A stretch of DNA of 64,000 nt from Octopus sinensis (lineage: Eukaryota). The notes beneath the pieces were generated by a model that saw only the letters and a program-made list of their open reading frames with translations, had not been told where the DNA came from and did not search any database. The position numbers and the translations under genes are program-made. This document shows, in pieces, positions 11,569-25,499 of this stretch. The stretch is taken from the NCBI RefSeq assembly GCF_006345805.1, contig NC_043001.1:50406001-50470000 (forward strand). The letters are read 5' to 3'. Numbering within the stretch: the stretch's first letter is position 1; each line of letters starts with the position of its first letter.

Positions 11569-13088
11569 TATTTAAACAGAAAAGGCAAAGACAGTTTGCT
11601 ATGGAACATGTTTAAATAATTTCACAAGAACAAAGGAAAACAATTTGAGGCTTTAGTTAACCAAATGCAAAGTGGTTAAACCAGTACGAAGTTACAATGT
11701 TTTGTAAACTGCGATTTACTGTGGAAGACTGAGTTTAAACTTTAACGGTGTTGAATGTGAAGCGGGAATGTTCAGCAGTCAGATAACTACAACTGATGCC
11801 ATGATTCGCTAGAATATTATTCATATGGTGAATAAAATCTGACCAATCACGACTTCGCGTGGAATAGGCCCCAGAGATGATTTCATCTTTTGGCGCGCTT
11901 CCTTCTGAGCCTAACCATCAGTTCAGCACACCTTAGCTACTTGACAGAGAACTTGAAGGGAGAATTGAGAGGGAACAGAGACGAAATGGCAGGTGGACAG
12001 CGAACGGATTCAGACAGCTGCTGACCTGAGTTGATAATAGGCACAATGAATGACCGGCCACAGCAACACAACAACCAGCAGCTAACTTTTAGATTGCTGT
12101 TACTATTACACCAAGAACAATAACATCCAAACTCGACACTTTTTCATTTGCAGTAACTTCAGCATTTGTTTCTTGTGTACAAAAAGAATAAAATTTTTGT
12201 TGGTCATAAATTTCAATAGACTTCTTTATATTTCTTCGAACAACTGCTGACCCATCTCCATTATTCTTTCCTCGTACGTTTCTACGTTTGTAGTTAACTT
12301 TTTACAGTGAGGGTTTTGATTGTTAATCTCACAACCATGGGCGTGGGATAAAAAGCGTGTGTGACAATCGCATGATTTCCAGTTCAATTCTTCCGTGCCA
12401 CACCTTGAACAAATATTTTCTACAATAGCTCCAAGGCCTCTCAGTGTGACTGGGAAAACAGAATTTGTTCTGAAGCACACCAGACTGTATCTTTTCCTCG
12501 GTTCTTGAGTTGCTTGGTTTCACACTACCGTTCTTGGGGTTTTTTTGTTGCAAGAATTCAAAATCGGTCTCCTATTCGATGGTAACTCGTTATTTTTATT
12601 CACTTCTTCCAACTATAACTCACGGCTCTGCAATACCCATAGGTGTTTCCTTTCTTAAACTCTGGGATCGATGTAGTCGATTTATCCTCTCCCTTAGAAT
12701 TGTTGGTCGTATGCCAAAATTCTAAACCAGTAATAAAATTCATTCTTAAGTATCCACTCAACACCATACTCTAATTTAGATAAGGGTTGCTGCATTAGGG
12801 CTGGTGGATTACTACATTGGTATTGGCTTCTTTCTGCATTTCCCTACAATTTTGTTAGACCTATGGCCAACCTCTCATAAAACGCTTCTGTCTCGCTACA
12901 TATTTTTATATCTTACTGGTATTATATTAGTTGACAGTACAGCCCGGAGTGATCCGTGATATCATAGCTCCACCAAAGCATGGAAAATGGCAAGAACATT
13001 TGTCAGTTATCTTTATTAAATGTTACCCTGTTTATTGATGAGTAGAATAACATGGAGATTATTAACAGTTTACAAATTAAGTACTAAC

Positions 13089-13160
13089 CTTAGAACATTC
13101 AGTACCAAGCCAGAAATGAATGTCCCATGTTAATTTATCATGTTTGGGGTTTTTCTTTGT
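13089..13160 (-). CDS. Gelsolin/villin-family protein, coding exon 3 (TKKNPKHDKLTWDIHFWLGTECSK)
   Basis: ttttctcttcttttgcag|ACA...AAG|gttagt; 72 nt, phase 0-0; WDIHFWLG motif. Confidence 0.95.
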
Positions 13161-13619
13161 CTGCAAAAGAAGAGAAAATATGCAAAGAAAATAAAACCTT
13201 ACAACATGTAACAATTTAAACATTACAATATATTACGATTTTATCCATTAACAGAATATTACGTACAGAGTTTGTAAGTTCTAGTAGAAGGTTTTTCTAT
13301 TAGAAAAATGTAATGGTGGAAGACACATTTCTGAAAAATGGCTTTGACTGAGACTATATTACAATATGATGTATAATGGTTTGTATAACAGACATTCTTC
13401 CTTCCATCGGTTTTTTTTTTGTCTTCAGCTTTTCATCTACTTGTTTGTAATAATTTTCTTCTTATATGTATTCCTAGCTTTTTGTTTTTACTAACATATT
13501 TTTCTGTTTGCAAAGTGTACTAATATAATTATTAAGTGTACAGCTACGTTATATTAACTATCTCCTTGCCATCTTTTTTTCTTACAACCATCGCACCTCC
13601 AAAGTGTTGCCCATTGTGC

Positions 13620-14270
13620 ATTATTAACACCTTGTATGTGAATCTATCCATTCCCTTCGGTTTTTGTTCACTTAAGAAAATTTACAAAGTATTCCACATG
13701 GGATACTCTTCCCGGGATGCTACCAGTCGCAGTTCCGGAAGCATCAGAACAAATCGCTTCATCTTTGGTTCAAAGGGCTGATCAGTCAGCTTTATGCGGC
13801 TATATGACCCAGTTATGTGAGACAATGAGAAGATGAAAAACGAACAAAGATAATGACAAACTGTTGAAAACAGCAGAAAAGGCAACAAACGAAAAAAGTA
13901 TTCGCTACCAGCACGCAGAAACCAGAGCAGCTTATGTTCCTCCGGGATCTCTATGCCATCAACAGTTCTTCGCACAAAAAGCCGAAGAACTGATATAGCT
14001 ACGAAAGGAACTGAAGCGAGCAGAATAGAGCCATAAGATATTACTAGAAAATAAGACTGGCTTCAGATTTATGGAATACTCCAATGATTGACTGTTAGTG
14101 AAAACTGCACTAGTAGTTTATGCAATAGATAGTAGACTTGTGAATATGCGACTACCAAGAATACGTAGGAGACTTCTTGTCCAGTTCCACATCAATGATA
14201 CTAATGGGCACCTCCGGCTATACTCTTTTCAAAAAGTGACCAATATTGTAAAAGTACTCTAGATAAACAT
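13620..14270 (+). mobile_element. Possible highly degraded Ty3/Gypsy gag-protease relic
   Basis: Weak resemblances only (ENKTGFRF before the expected D-T/S-G site; LRRDF-like segment); many stops. Confidence 0.25.
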
Positions 14271-14620
14271 CGCTTGTATGCCCTCACTCGGGTGTGAATG
14301 GGTTTCTCTATCTGTGATTTAGAGTTGTTTTTTTTAAAGTTATATATTGATTTAATCAGTTGATGCAATCATATATTTATTATATTTAGTTTGTATAAAA
14401 TGTTCTTATATGCTCATTGTATAACGTCTTTGCTTCCTGCTGTATTTATATAGTTGTGTCTTGCTCAGTCCCACACGGTTTTGCAATTTCCTTGCATAAC
14501 ATCTATGTTTATATGTATCTATGATAATGCCACTGAAATCAATAAAGAATTATTATTATTATTATTATTGTTGTTGTTGTTGTTGTTGTTAGTATTGTTA
14601 TAATTATTATTATTAGTTTA

Positions 14621-14785
14621 GGCGGTGAGCTGGTAAGCACCTCTGAGTTCAAATTCCGCCGAGGTCGACTTTGCCTTTCATCCTTTCAGAGTCGATAAAT
14701 TAAGTACCAGTGGAATACTGTGATCGATGTAATCGATTAGTGCCCTCCACCACACTTTCAGGCCCTGTGCCTATATTAGAAAAGA
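14621..14785 (+). mobile_element. tRNA-derived SINE family B (GGCGGYGAGCTGGCAG head), (ATT)n-type tail
   Basis: B-box GAGTTCAAATTCC, body GTCGACTTTGCCTTTCATCC...AAGTACCAG, tail GGCCCTGTGCCTATATTAGAAAAGATTATT. Confidence 0.8.
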
Positions 14786-14814
14786 TTATTATCTTTGTTA
14801 TTATTAATATTATT

Positions 14815-17227
14815 GTATTTACTGCGGAACACATCGGACATGTTTTCGAACACTCAAAGTAAGTCCAGTTCAAAATATTTATTTGTACCAGGATTGGTGT
14901 CCTTTTTCAATAATTTATTTTATTCCAAGTTGTAAATAGAAACACCAGGAACTTGTTACTAGTTTTTTTTATGATTGTGTAGCTCCAGGAGGGGCGGTTT
15001 TCGTCCCACCAAATAATTTCGGTGGGCGTTAAATTTAATTGAGTCAAATACAACTCAACAAGATGGCAGAACGCGTCTTGAAAGAGTTGAGAAAAAAAAA
15101 ACAAAACAAACCCTCCTACCAGTATGGTAATGGACGAAGACTTTGCTCCCTTTCCCTCCGTTACGAGCAACAATACAGGGGAAGGGAAGGAGGAGAAAAC
15201 AAAACTGTCATGGTACAAAGCCCAACTAACAGTAACAACAATAGTAGCAGAAACACTGACAGCAGTAGAAATGACAACAGCAGCAACTGCAACAGTCACA
15301 GCAGCCGCAGCAGCAGTCGTAGTAGTGATAGCAACAACAACCACGAAAAAGACAAAAACAGCAGCGGCAGTAGCGATAGCAACAACAATAACAATAACGG
15401 CAGCAGCAGCAACAGTAACAACAACAAAAACAACAACGAGAACAATACCAATAACAATAACAAAAGCACGTTTGCAGCAGCAGCAGCGAAGAACAAACAA
15501 CGGGGGAGCAGATACTACCACAGGCATGGAAACTAATAAAACAAGAGAAGACTTGGACCAGCCTGAATATCCCATCAGAGGCAATTGAAACAGTGGAGAG
15601 AAGAACGGTGCTTTTCAGATGCATCTCAGTAGACACGAAAAAGGCGGATTTAATGGCCCAGGCGGCGCTGAGGTGCATCAGAGATAACATCGAATACATA
15701 GCAAGGGGAAAACAATACTGCACCATTTCAGTGCTGTTTAAGTCAGAAGCCCTCGCTATGAAACATTCAATGATCCCCCCTGCAAAACCAGCAAAGTCAT
15801 CATGTATCTCTCCCACACGGGTAAACGTACAGCTTGTGTCCGCATTCCTAGAATCCCACCAGATCTGGATATTTGGTGGCTTCTGGGATGCGTGATAATG
15901 GAAGGGACGGATACTGTCCCGATAGAAGCGACAAGAACTGCCAGGGAGGACTGGTCCGGGGTTGACCTGGAGATACTTCTCCGGATCAGACCCGAAAACA
16001 TTTAAAAAATCCCGGATCACATCCGTCTCCAGAATGATATATATGACTGAGACCTCATTGTTTCGCGTGAGGAGAAATGACTCATTTGCGAGCTCGCTGC
16101 CCCCAACTGGTAAAAGCGCAAGGAGTCAAAGGCCTCCACTGCTGCCTATCCTGGGACAAGAGCCACAATCAACACCAGCACCGGCAAAATCACCAGCAAC
16201 AACACCAAACAAGCCTTTCTACAGCTCGTCTCCTTGACTGAGCTGCAGTCCTGGATCAAGAAGAGACCGAGGCAGAGTGACAGGCGTCAGGAATGTTGCC
16301 AGACACTCACTGCCCCCTACCAGGCAGGCAATGCGATCAGTGGAACATCCACTCTTGACTTCTATAGAGGGTTAGTGGAGGGAAAGGACGATGATGTACT
16401 TAGAGAAACGCTAGGCGTTGACGAAGTCGAACTAAACAGTCTGTTCAGGGGACGATGGATAACTTCCAGAAATTCCTAGCTTGGCAATACTACCAGGGGG
16501 GGGGCACTGCCAGTTCGAGATGAACTCTACAGGCACGGAAGTGCTGTCAGGCGCACCTCCCCGAGATGCGCGCAGAGCGACTAAATCGTTCTGCTCGCAC
16601 TCCTCCAGTGTCCTCGCATTACTGACTGTAGAGTTATATTGAACAACTGTTATCACGTGTAGGACGCATCCAGCTATCGGCCGAATCCACAGTGACGATC
16701 GATCCACCGCCTTCCATCGGTCCGGAAAGGCAGGCAATTTTCCTCTGTCTGATAGCAGTAGCGAAAGAGGTTGTATTGTGGACCAGGTTGAAAGGACTGA
16801 AGACAGACGCTTTTCTCTTCGGTCAATCCCTCATCAACTTTTTCAAATTTCACTTGGAAAGGAAGACGAGGGTGGAAAGAGAAGTGCTGCTTCCCAGTAC
16901 ATCTGATAAAAGGTGGATGAATGTAGCGAAAACGGCTCGTGTGGATAAACCTACTCTAATAATGCGCCTGTAGGCTACTGAATTTGAGAGGGAGAAGGGT
17001 GCCCTTCCCGGATGTCCTCGAAGCGTCGAGTGGTTCAGGATTGGTGGGGTACCTGAGCCAACTCCCAGTGGTTACCCCTCCCTATTGGGGAACTTTAATT
17101 GTTATATTCTTTTTGCTGGATATCATTGTTATTGTTTTGTGTACTCGTTGTTTCTGTGTAAAATTCCCACTGTCCATGTCTACTGTATCGTCCCCTAAAT
17201 GTCGGCCCTAGTGGCTAATAAATGATA
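14815..17227 (+). mobile_element. L1/Tx1-clade LINE, internally deleted (ORF1 joined to the ORF2 3' end)
   Basis: ORF1-like N/S-rich region, then ERRTVLFRC and HTGKRTACVRIPRIPP, which are homologous to the ORF at 61088. ORF2 C-terminus follows: WQYYQG.LPVRDELYRHG, PRCAQSD..V...LQCP (zf-RVT-like) and LIAVAKEVVLWTRLKG...RW, stop at 16973. No endonuclease or RT core seen. Confidence 0.75.
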
Positions 17228-17244
17228 TTATTATTATTAGAAAA

Positions 17245-17453
17245 GGCGGCGAGTTGGCAGAGTCGTTAGCACGCGGACGAAAAGCTTGGTGGTATTTCGT
17301 CTGTCTTCATGTTCTGTGTTTAAATTCCACTGAGGTCGACTTTACCTTTCATCCTTTCGGATCGATAAAATAAGTACCAGTTGAACACTGGGGTCGATGT
17401 AATTGGCTCGTCTCCTCCCCCAAAACTGCTGCCCTTATGGCAAAATTTGAAAC

Positions 17454-17490
<37 letters not shown>

Positions 17491-17675
17491 GTTATTGTTA
17501 CTATTATCATTATTATTATTATTATTATTATTATTAAGGGCGGAGAGCTGGCAGAATCGTTAGTTCAGCGGCATTTCGTCCGTCTTTACGTTCTAAGTTC
17601 GAATTCCGCTGATGGGGTCGATGTGATCGACTTACCCCTTCCCCACAAATTTCAGGCCTTGTACCTAGAGTAGAG
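17245..17675 (+). mobile_element. Two tandem SINE family B copies separated by (ATT)n
   Basis: Heads at 17245 and 17539; first tail GGCAAAATTTGAAACC(ATT)n. Confidence 0.8.
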
Positions 17676-17708
17676 AGGGTAATTTTTATCATCATCATCA
17701 TCATGATC

Positions 17709-17761
<53 letters not shown>

Positions 17762-17774
17762 CATCATTATTATT

Positions 17775-18190
17775 TTTTTTTCCTCTCACAACTTCTAACA
17801 TCCCTTATTTTTCGAGCACCATCCGGAGTATTCGAGTGGTTCCAAGCAGTGCTGTTTTCTGCAAGTGCTCCACCCTTATTGCAGCCCCTATTTGTTCCAT
17901 ATACTTCTCAAGATTTTTATTCACTGTTCCCAGGGCTCCGACAATTCTTGATTCTACTACCATATTTTCCATCGACCACAACTGCTTAACCTCCCAAGCT
18001 AACCTGTCATATCTATCGACTTTTCTTTCTTCTTTATCGAATACCTTGCTGTCAGCTGGGCATACTATATCTATGATATAGCATCGTTTGCATTCTTTCT
18101 CAATTAACACTATGTCTGGTTTCCTAGTCTCTATCGCATTGTCGCACTGAATCATAAAATCCCATAGGATCTTTGTATTATCATTTTCGT
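17775..18190 (-). mobile_element. R4/Dong-type LINE 3' fragment (restriction-like endonuclease)
   Basis: ILWDFMIQCDNAIETRKPDIVLIEK...IIDIVCPAD...KEERKVDRYDRL (PD..D/ExK-type RLE); (AAT)n on both sides. Confidence 0.9.
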
Positions 18191-18199
18191 ATTATTATT

Positions 18200-19885
18200 A
18201 TTATTCTATGTTTGACTTTTGCTTTATATTTGTACAAGTTGGCTCCAAGTCTCACCCAGAGACCTCAAGAGACAACAGGGTTGGAAGTTCATGTTGTTGT
18301 TATGCCTAGTGTGCCATATATTTGGGGGGTGGGGATGTTGTACTAATGAATGTCTAAAAAAAAGTTTTTTTTTTGTTTTTTTTTTTTTTAAACTGAAAAT
18401 TATGTTTGTTTTAAACCTTGAGATTACATAGAGAGTATTTTGCGTAGGATATGAGCAGTTCCCATGAGCACTATCTTTTGAACTTCTGCCATTTTTGGGT
18501 TTCCTGGTATCTGAGTTAGGTAGCTATCAGCCCCTTTTGCTATCATTCCCAGGGCACCTATGACAACAGGTATTGTTTTAGTCTTCAGCTTCCTCATTTT
18601 GCTGATTTCTATTTCAAGATCTTTATATTTGCTCAGTTTTTGGTAGGTCTTGACAGATACGTTTATATCGATTGGGACAGTCATATCAATGAGGAGGCAT
18701 GTTCTTTGTTTGAAGTCTTTCAATATGATGTCTGGCCTATTTGCATCTATCTTCCTGTCAGTTTGAATGGTGAAGTTCCAGAGGAGTGAGATGTGGTCAT
18801 TTTCAAGCACTGGGGGTGGTTTGTGTTCCCACCAGTTTTTTTCATGGGGCAAATCCAGGTTTTTACAGATTACCCAGTGAATATATTGTGCAGCTCTATC
18901 GTGCCTGTTGAGATACTCTGTAGGCGCTAGAAGACTGCACTTGGAGACCACATGGTCAATGGTTTCATTTTGTTGCTTGCATACACGACACGTTGGACTG
19001 CTTCTGATCTTTAATATGTTGGCCTGGTAGTTTCTTGTTGGTAGGCATTGATCTTGAGCTGCTATGATAAACCCCTCTGTTTCAGATTTTAAGCCAGAGG
19101 CCATTAGCCATTGATGGGTCAGGGCTTTGTCGATATCTGCATTATTCGCTCTCTTTGGGTATTTGCCATAGAGAGGTTTTTCTTGCCATTTATTATTCAG
19201 AATATCTAAGGCCGCAGTTTTGGCACGGGTTTTCATGCGCCTAGCTTTTTCTGTGCTTGTTTCTTGTATATCTATCTCTAATTCCGAAATTGGTTGTATT
19301 CGGAATTCACTTAGATATACCTTTGCCTGTTTTGTGACTGAGTATGATGCTTTCTTGTTTTCATGTTTTGAGACAAGTTTTAACATCCAGTCCTCAGAGT
19401 TTTTCAGGTAGGTGTCTAGGCCAATTGTAGCAATCTTCATTGTTATTGCCAGTTGCAAAAGACCACGGCCTCCCTCTTTTCTTGGCAGATAGAGTCGTTC
19501 TGTATCTGCCTTAGGGTGGTGCATTCTATGCATTGTCAACAGTTTCCTTATTTTTCTGTCGAGCTGACATATTTCAGTAATTGACCAGTTAACAATATTG
19601 AAACTGTAAGTCACGACTGGTATAGCTAATGCATTGATTGCTTCGATCCTGTTTCTTGCATTCAGCTCTGTCTTGAGTATTGCTCTCACTCTTCGATAGC
19701 ATTCTCTCCTGATCCTTTCCTTCATCTCTGAATGCCTTATTCCGTTCCCTTCAATTACCCCTAGGTACTTGTAGCTCTCCGCTGGGTCTAGTTCTTTTAT
19801 GACATTCTGTTGGTCAAGGTTAACGTTAGATGTTTCTGTCATTTTTCCTTTGATAAAGGTAGCCTTTGCACATTTATCGAGGCCG
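18200..19885 (-). mobile_element. R4/Dong-type LINE, 5'-truncated, with an intact 472-aa ORF (RT thumb, CCHC, RLE)
   Basis: YKYLG, LYLPRKEGGRGL, AAQDQ, CRVC..ETIDHVVSKC, RHDR, NRPDII, IDMTVP, KLSKYKDL; both ends abut (AAT)n. Confidence 0.95.
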
Positions 19886-19897
19886 TCTGATGAATTG

Positions 19898-19899
<2 letters not shown>

Positions 19900-19932
<33 letters not shown>

Positions 19933-19975
19933 TATATTATTATTATTATCATCATTATTATAATTATTATTATTA

Positions 19976-20007
<32 letters not shown>

Positions 20008-20072
20008 GATATTACTATTATTATTATTATTGATATTACTATTATTATTATTATTATTATTATTGATATTAC

Positions 20073-20115
<43 letters not shown>

Positions 20116-20150
20116 GTTGATATTACTATTATTATTATTATTGATATTAC

Positions 20151-20196
<46 letters not shown>
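19900..20196. repeat. Long (ATT)n microsatellite
   Basis: Direct reading. Confidence 0.95.
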
Positions 20197-20619
20197 TAGG
20201 CAGTGAGTTGGCCAAATCGTTTGTTGCCAAACAAAATGCTTAGCAGTATTTCTCCCCGTTCATTACATTAAGGATATATCGTCCTGTTAAGGATACACGT
20301 GGCCTACCGAATCCTTCCTGTAACTCTATAGCAAAATAAATTTTGTTCGTCTGTAGAAACATCTAAACAATACCATTCTGCCGTATGGTATGATATGTAC
20401 AGGAGAATAGCGTAGGCTAAGTGTTCAGTCAAGCATCCATTTATATCCATGAGTAAAATGCAACAGCTTGTACAATAACAACAGTAGCAGCAACAACACC
20501 AGACACAAATAATTGGAAAAACAGTAACAGAACGACAGCTGAATATTAAAAGAAACTCCTAACATAAAACTGATGTTGTTTCAAGCGTTATCGATGTAAT
20601 ACCTGTTACACTGTCGAAA

Positions 20620-21033
20620 GGCGGCGAGCTGGCAGAAACGTTAGCGCGCCGGGCGAAACGCGTAGCCGTATTTCGTCTGCCGTTACGTTCTGAGTTTAAA
20701 TTCCGCCGAGGTCAACTTTGCCTTTCAACCTTTCGGGGTCGATAAATTAAGTACCATCTACGCACTGGGGTCGATGTAATCGACTTAATCCGGTCGTCTG
20801 TCCTTGTTTGTTCCCTCTGTGTTTAGCCCCTTGTGGGTAGTAAAGAAATAGGTATTTCGTCTGTCGTTACGTTCTGAGTTCAAATTCCGCCGAGGTCAAC
20901 TTTGCCTTTCAACCTTTTGGGGTCGATAAATTAAGTACCAGTTACGCACTGGGGTCGATGTAATCGACTTAATCCGGTTGTCTGTCCTTGTTTGTCCTCT
21001 GTGTTTAGCCCCTTGTGGGTAGTAAAGAAATAG
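20620..21033 (+). mobile_element. SINE family B with duplicated body and a 19-bp TSD
   Basis: TSD GTAATACCTGTTACACTGT at 20596-20614 and 21034-21052; body plus tail repeated from GTATTTCGTCTG. Confidence 0.92.
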
Positions 21034-22886
21034 GTAATACCTGTTACACTGTTGATACAGCATGGCCGAATGTCTAAAAAAAGTTTGTATTGCGATCATA
21101 CAGCCCCGTGTTCAATCTCACTGGGTAGCATGATTAGGTAGATTTCTTTTCTTTTTTTTTCTTTGTTTCATTTATCATTGCAATCATATGAGCGAGACTG
21201 GGTCGATAGAAAGAGTGTGTAAACCTGCCGGATGGATTGTACCTTTAATTCCAACGTACGACCTTGCCACGCTGATTCTACCAGAGAATTAGTTGATGGT
21301 ACACATGTTTGCGGAATACTCAGCTCCTGGGCACGTTAATACAATGATCATGTAATTTAATTGATCTAATAATTGAATCTTTTTTCCGCCGAAACAGACG
21401 GAGATCCCTTTACTGTATGTCATAGACGTTGTTATGCAGAGCATAACGGCCGTAATCGAGCAGACCTATGGTCAAAGACATTCAATCTTCTGTATCTAGA
21501 CGTATCTAAAAATATTTAGTAACAAAATAAAATATAACACACACACACATTCTCTCTCTTCCTCTTTCACTCTTTCTCTCTCTTTCCCTCTCTCTTTCTC
21601 TCTCTCATACACGCGCGCGCATACACACACAAATACATACATATACAACACACACACAAACACACAATACACACGAAATTCTAGAATTTTCAACACGTTA
21701 TTTTTCTCAGTACACAAGCGCCCCATTAGTTCTATGCACTTGAAATTGGTTCCTCACCCCTGCTCTACAGAATTCGCTTCGCCTACAAGAATTGAAGAAG
21801 CTTCACGAACAGACTTCTTGATTTGCTTTAAATAATGACCAAATCTCTTTCAAATTGCACCTTATCGTCTTTAAAAGACGTATTCTCGCTTTTAATAAGC
21901 ATCTATGCAGATTCTCAAACTGCAAGAAAAAGCTGCTAAACCTCCATCCAATCCAGCTCTGCTGTCTTAAAACGGAAGATCATACTGTACAATACCGCCC
22001 TACATAGTTAATAGATAGATAGTTACGCAGGGAATATTCGTGTTGAATCCATTCGATCAAAATTGTTTAGCGGCAACTAACGACATTAATACATACAAAC
22101 AACTATGAAAACATTCGTGCTGAACAAAACAACAATAAATTTTGGCTTAGTTAATGACGAACACCAAAGACCAAAGTTGACAGTCTGTAATCCGGATTCT
22201 CTTATTGGTTGAACTTCTTTGACGAGGAAGGAGAATTTAATCTCGCAACGTAGATCAAAGAAAATATAGACCAATACATATTAGCATATAAACAAGATAT
22301 GAACGTCACTTGTAAATTCGTCATAGCTAACACAAAAATCGAGTTAGTTTTATGTGGTGTAATAATTTAATTAGTGTTACAGTGTTATCCATTATATGTA
22401 GCATATTCTGTTAATTTGTATCATATATTTTTCTTTTATATTTGATTATTTTACTTATATCTGCTACGTACTATTATCAAGTACTTTTTAAAATTATCTC
22501 TCACATTCTCTCTCATTCTCTCTATTACTGAATACTGTTCTAGTAAGTCAGTGTACAGTTTTAAGCTGTACGACATTAAAATAGCTGTGTATGTATCATA
22601 CTTAAAGTATATACATCATTGACAAGCTAGTGCTGCGATTTTTGTCTGAAGTAAACACTCTTATAGGCGTGTTGTGTTAAAAATGTCATATATATCAGAG
22701 GTAGACGAAATCTCTTTCCGGCAGCGGCTAACGTGAACGTCAGACGCAATTCAATCTTCTTGGGCTTTGAGAAAGAAGTGTACTCGCAGCCACATATCTA
22801 GAAGAAATCTGTCTAATGTGTTTTTAGCACAGCACTCTATAAGAGATTTTACCCTCGGACGTAAACTGCATCATCTTGTCTGCCAA

Positions 22887-22930
<44 letters not shown>

Positions 22931-22943
22931 GTATATATATATA

Positions 22944-23790
22944 GGCGCAGGAGTGGCTGTGTGGTAAGTAGCTTGCTAACCAACCACATGCTTCCGGGTT
23001 CAGTCCCACTGCGTGACATCTTGGGCAAGTGTCTTCTGCTATAGCCTCGGGCCGACCAAAGCCTTGTGAGTGGATTTGGTAGACGGAAACTGAAAGAGGC
23101 CTGTCGTATATATGTATATATATATATATGTGTATGTGTGTGTATATGTTTGTGTGTCTGTGTTTGTTCCTCTAGCATTGCTTGACAACCGATGCTGGTG
23201 TGTTTACGTCCCCGTCACTCAGCGGTTCGGCAAAAGAGACCGATAGAATAAGTACTGGGCTTACAAAGAATAAGTCCCAGGGTCGATTTGCTCGACTAAA
23301 GGCGGTGCTCCAGCATGGCCGCAGTCAAATGACTGAAACAAGTAAACGAGTAAACGAGTAATATAGGCGTCGGAGTGGCTGTGTGGTAAGTAGCTTGCTT
23401 ACGAACCACATGGTTTCGGGTTCAGTCCCACTGCGTGGCACCTTGGGAAAGTGCTCTCTACTATAGCCTCGGGCTGACCAAAGCTTTGTGAGTGAATTTG
23501 GTAGACGGAAACTGAAAGAAGCCCATCGTATATATATATATATTTACATACATATATATATGTATGTGTGTTTGTGTGTCTGTGTTTGCCCCACCACCAC
23601 CACCACCACCAATATCGCTTGACAACCGATGCTCGTGTGTTTACGTCCCCATAACTTAGCGGTTCGACAAAAGAGACCGATAGAATAAGTACTAGGCTTA
23701 CAAAGAATAAGTCCTGGGGTCGATTTGCTCGACTAAAGGCCAGCATGACCACAGTCAAATGACTGAAACAAGTAAAAGCGTAAAAGAGTA
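22944..23790 (+). mobile_element. Two head-to-tail SINE family A copies
   Basis: Heads at 22944 and 23365, each with an internal microsatellite and a GTAAA(A/C)GAG tail. Confidence 0.9.
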
Positions 23791-24562
23791 TATACATTAA
23801 ATGTGATACATAGATGATTGCTTTCATTTAATGTTGCTTCAGTTGTGTGAACCGGGTTATTTATTTAGCTGACGATTAATTGAAACATTAGTAAATGTAT
23901 TATTCGCTGTTTCCTATGTTAAAGGTGACCGATTTCATCCAGGCATGTAACTGCGAGGACACTTGATCGGCAAGCCCCAAGAAGGTCGAAATGTATCTTG
24001 TGTTCTCATTAGCTGCTGGGGCGTCTTTCGTCTGTCTCTAATATATATATAGTGTTTTTAACACAGCACGTCCATAAAATATTTTATCTCGGACGAAAAC
24101 CGTAGTGTCTTGCCTGTCGACGATGTACGTACATTAGTTATGTTATATAGATGTCATATATGTGTGAGTGTATATCTATGTGTGTGAATGGACATTAAGT
24201 AAGAGGTTTTCAAGAAAACGTGTTTTAGAATTACAACTTAAACTTAAACATCCGAAGATACAAATTCCCTGTTAACGCGTGCAATTCAATCCCAAGTGCA
24301 ATTCAATCGAAAAAGTAAAACAAGCAAGCAAAATTCGAAATATTTGAATGGGGCCAGCTGCAAAATAAATGGATATAGATTTTGGTAACCCGAAACACCA
24401 ACGTGTATATTTGATATGCAGCAAGAAATTATCAAATATGGAAAGGGTGTTGTGAGAGCTATAAGGAATTTTGTGATATCGATACACTTTCATAGATTCA
24501 TTTGGCTGAGAACGACAGCTGGCTTGATATTTAAAGTGAAATTGCTCTTCCTCTCTTTTTCT

Positions 24563-24624
<62 letters not shown>

Positions 24625-24812
24625 CTTTTTTTTTTTTAAGAGAGGAGTTCAAACACATATCCTGCAGCCAGGGTGCTGGATATAGCACTAATACACTCGA
24701 TGATTCAGTCCACTTAATTGCAGAATATGTAAACACCGAGATAAATTGATTGATAACTGCTTTGCTAACGAGCATAGATGGATGGTTGGATGGATGAATG
24801 GATGGATGGATG

Positions 24813-24856
<44 letters not shown>

Positions 24857-24910
24857 AATATATATATACACGGTAAAAAATATGCATATGTATATATGTG
24901 TGTATGTGCC

Positions 24911-24942
<32 letters not shown>

Positions 24943-25004
24943 TGCCTTCGTCTTTTGTTTATTTTCGTAAACCTTCCCGTATATATATATATACATATAT
25001 ATAA

Positions 25005-25063
<59 letters not shown>

Positions 25064-25499
25064 CAGAGAAAGGCAGAAATAAGGAAAATGCCACTTATAT
25101 TTGAACACTATAAAAATATTATTTTAAAAAAACTTTTCTTTTAATTTTTCTAAATTTAATTATTTAATTGTTACAGTTGAAAAGGTCTCAAATGACTGAA
25201 ACGGTACTGAAATGTTCTTTATAAAATTATTTTAGCATTTTCTATCTTGACTTGTTTATTCATATATATATATATATATACATATATACATATAATTATG
25301 CACATACATACTCATGTATACAATACACGTGCGAGTAATTTAATACAAAATATAGTTAAATATATACATATTTTTATATTGTAATAACTTGTGACAGTCA
25401 CCTGTAAGTAAAAATATATGAATGAATGTATGTATGTGTGTATGTATGTATGTATGTATGTATGTATGTATGTATGTATGTATGTATGTATACACTCCA

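Noticed and set aside
12226-12553. 84-aa ORF containing GLGA...TRFLS, faintly like Gypsy RNase H
   Set aside because: Similarity too weak, with no supporting RT or integrase motifs nearby.
13545-13600. GGAGATAGT on the minus strand as a candidate gelsolin GDSY exon
   Set aside because: An in-frame TAA follows and there are no splice signals; the real exon 2 is at 40096-40164.
14907-16020. Long ORFs of 150-264 aa on both strands
   Set aside because: They are by-products of the (AAC/AGC)-rich low-complexity ORF1 region of the Tx1-like element, not host genes.
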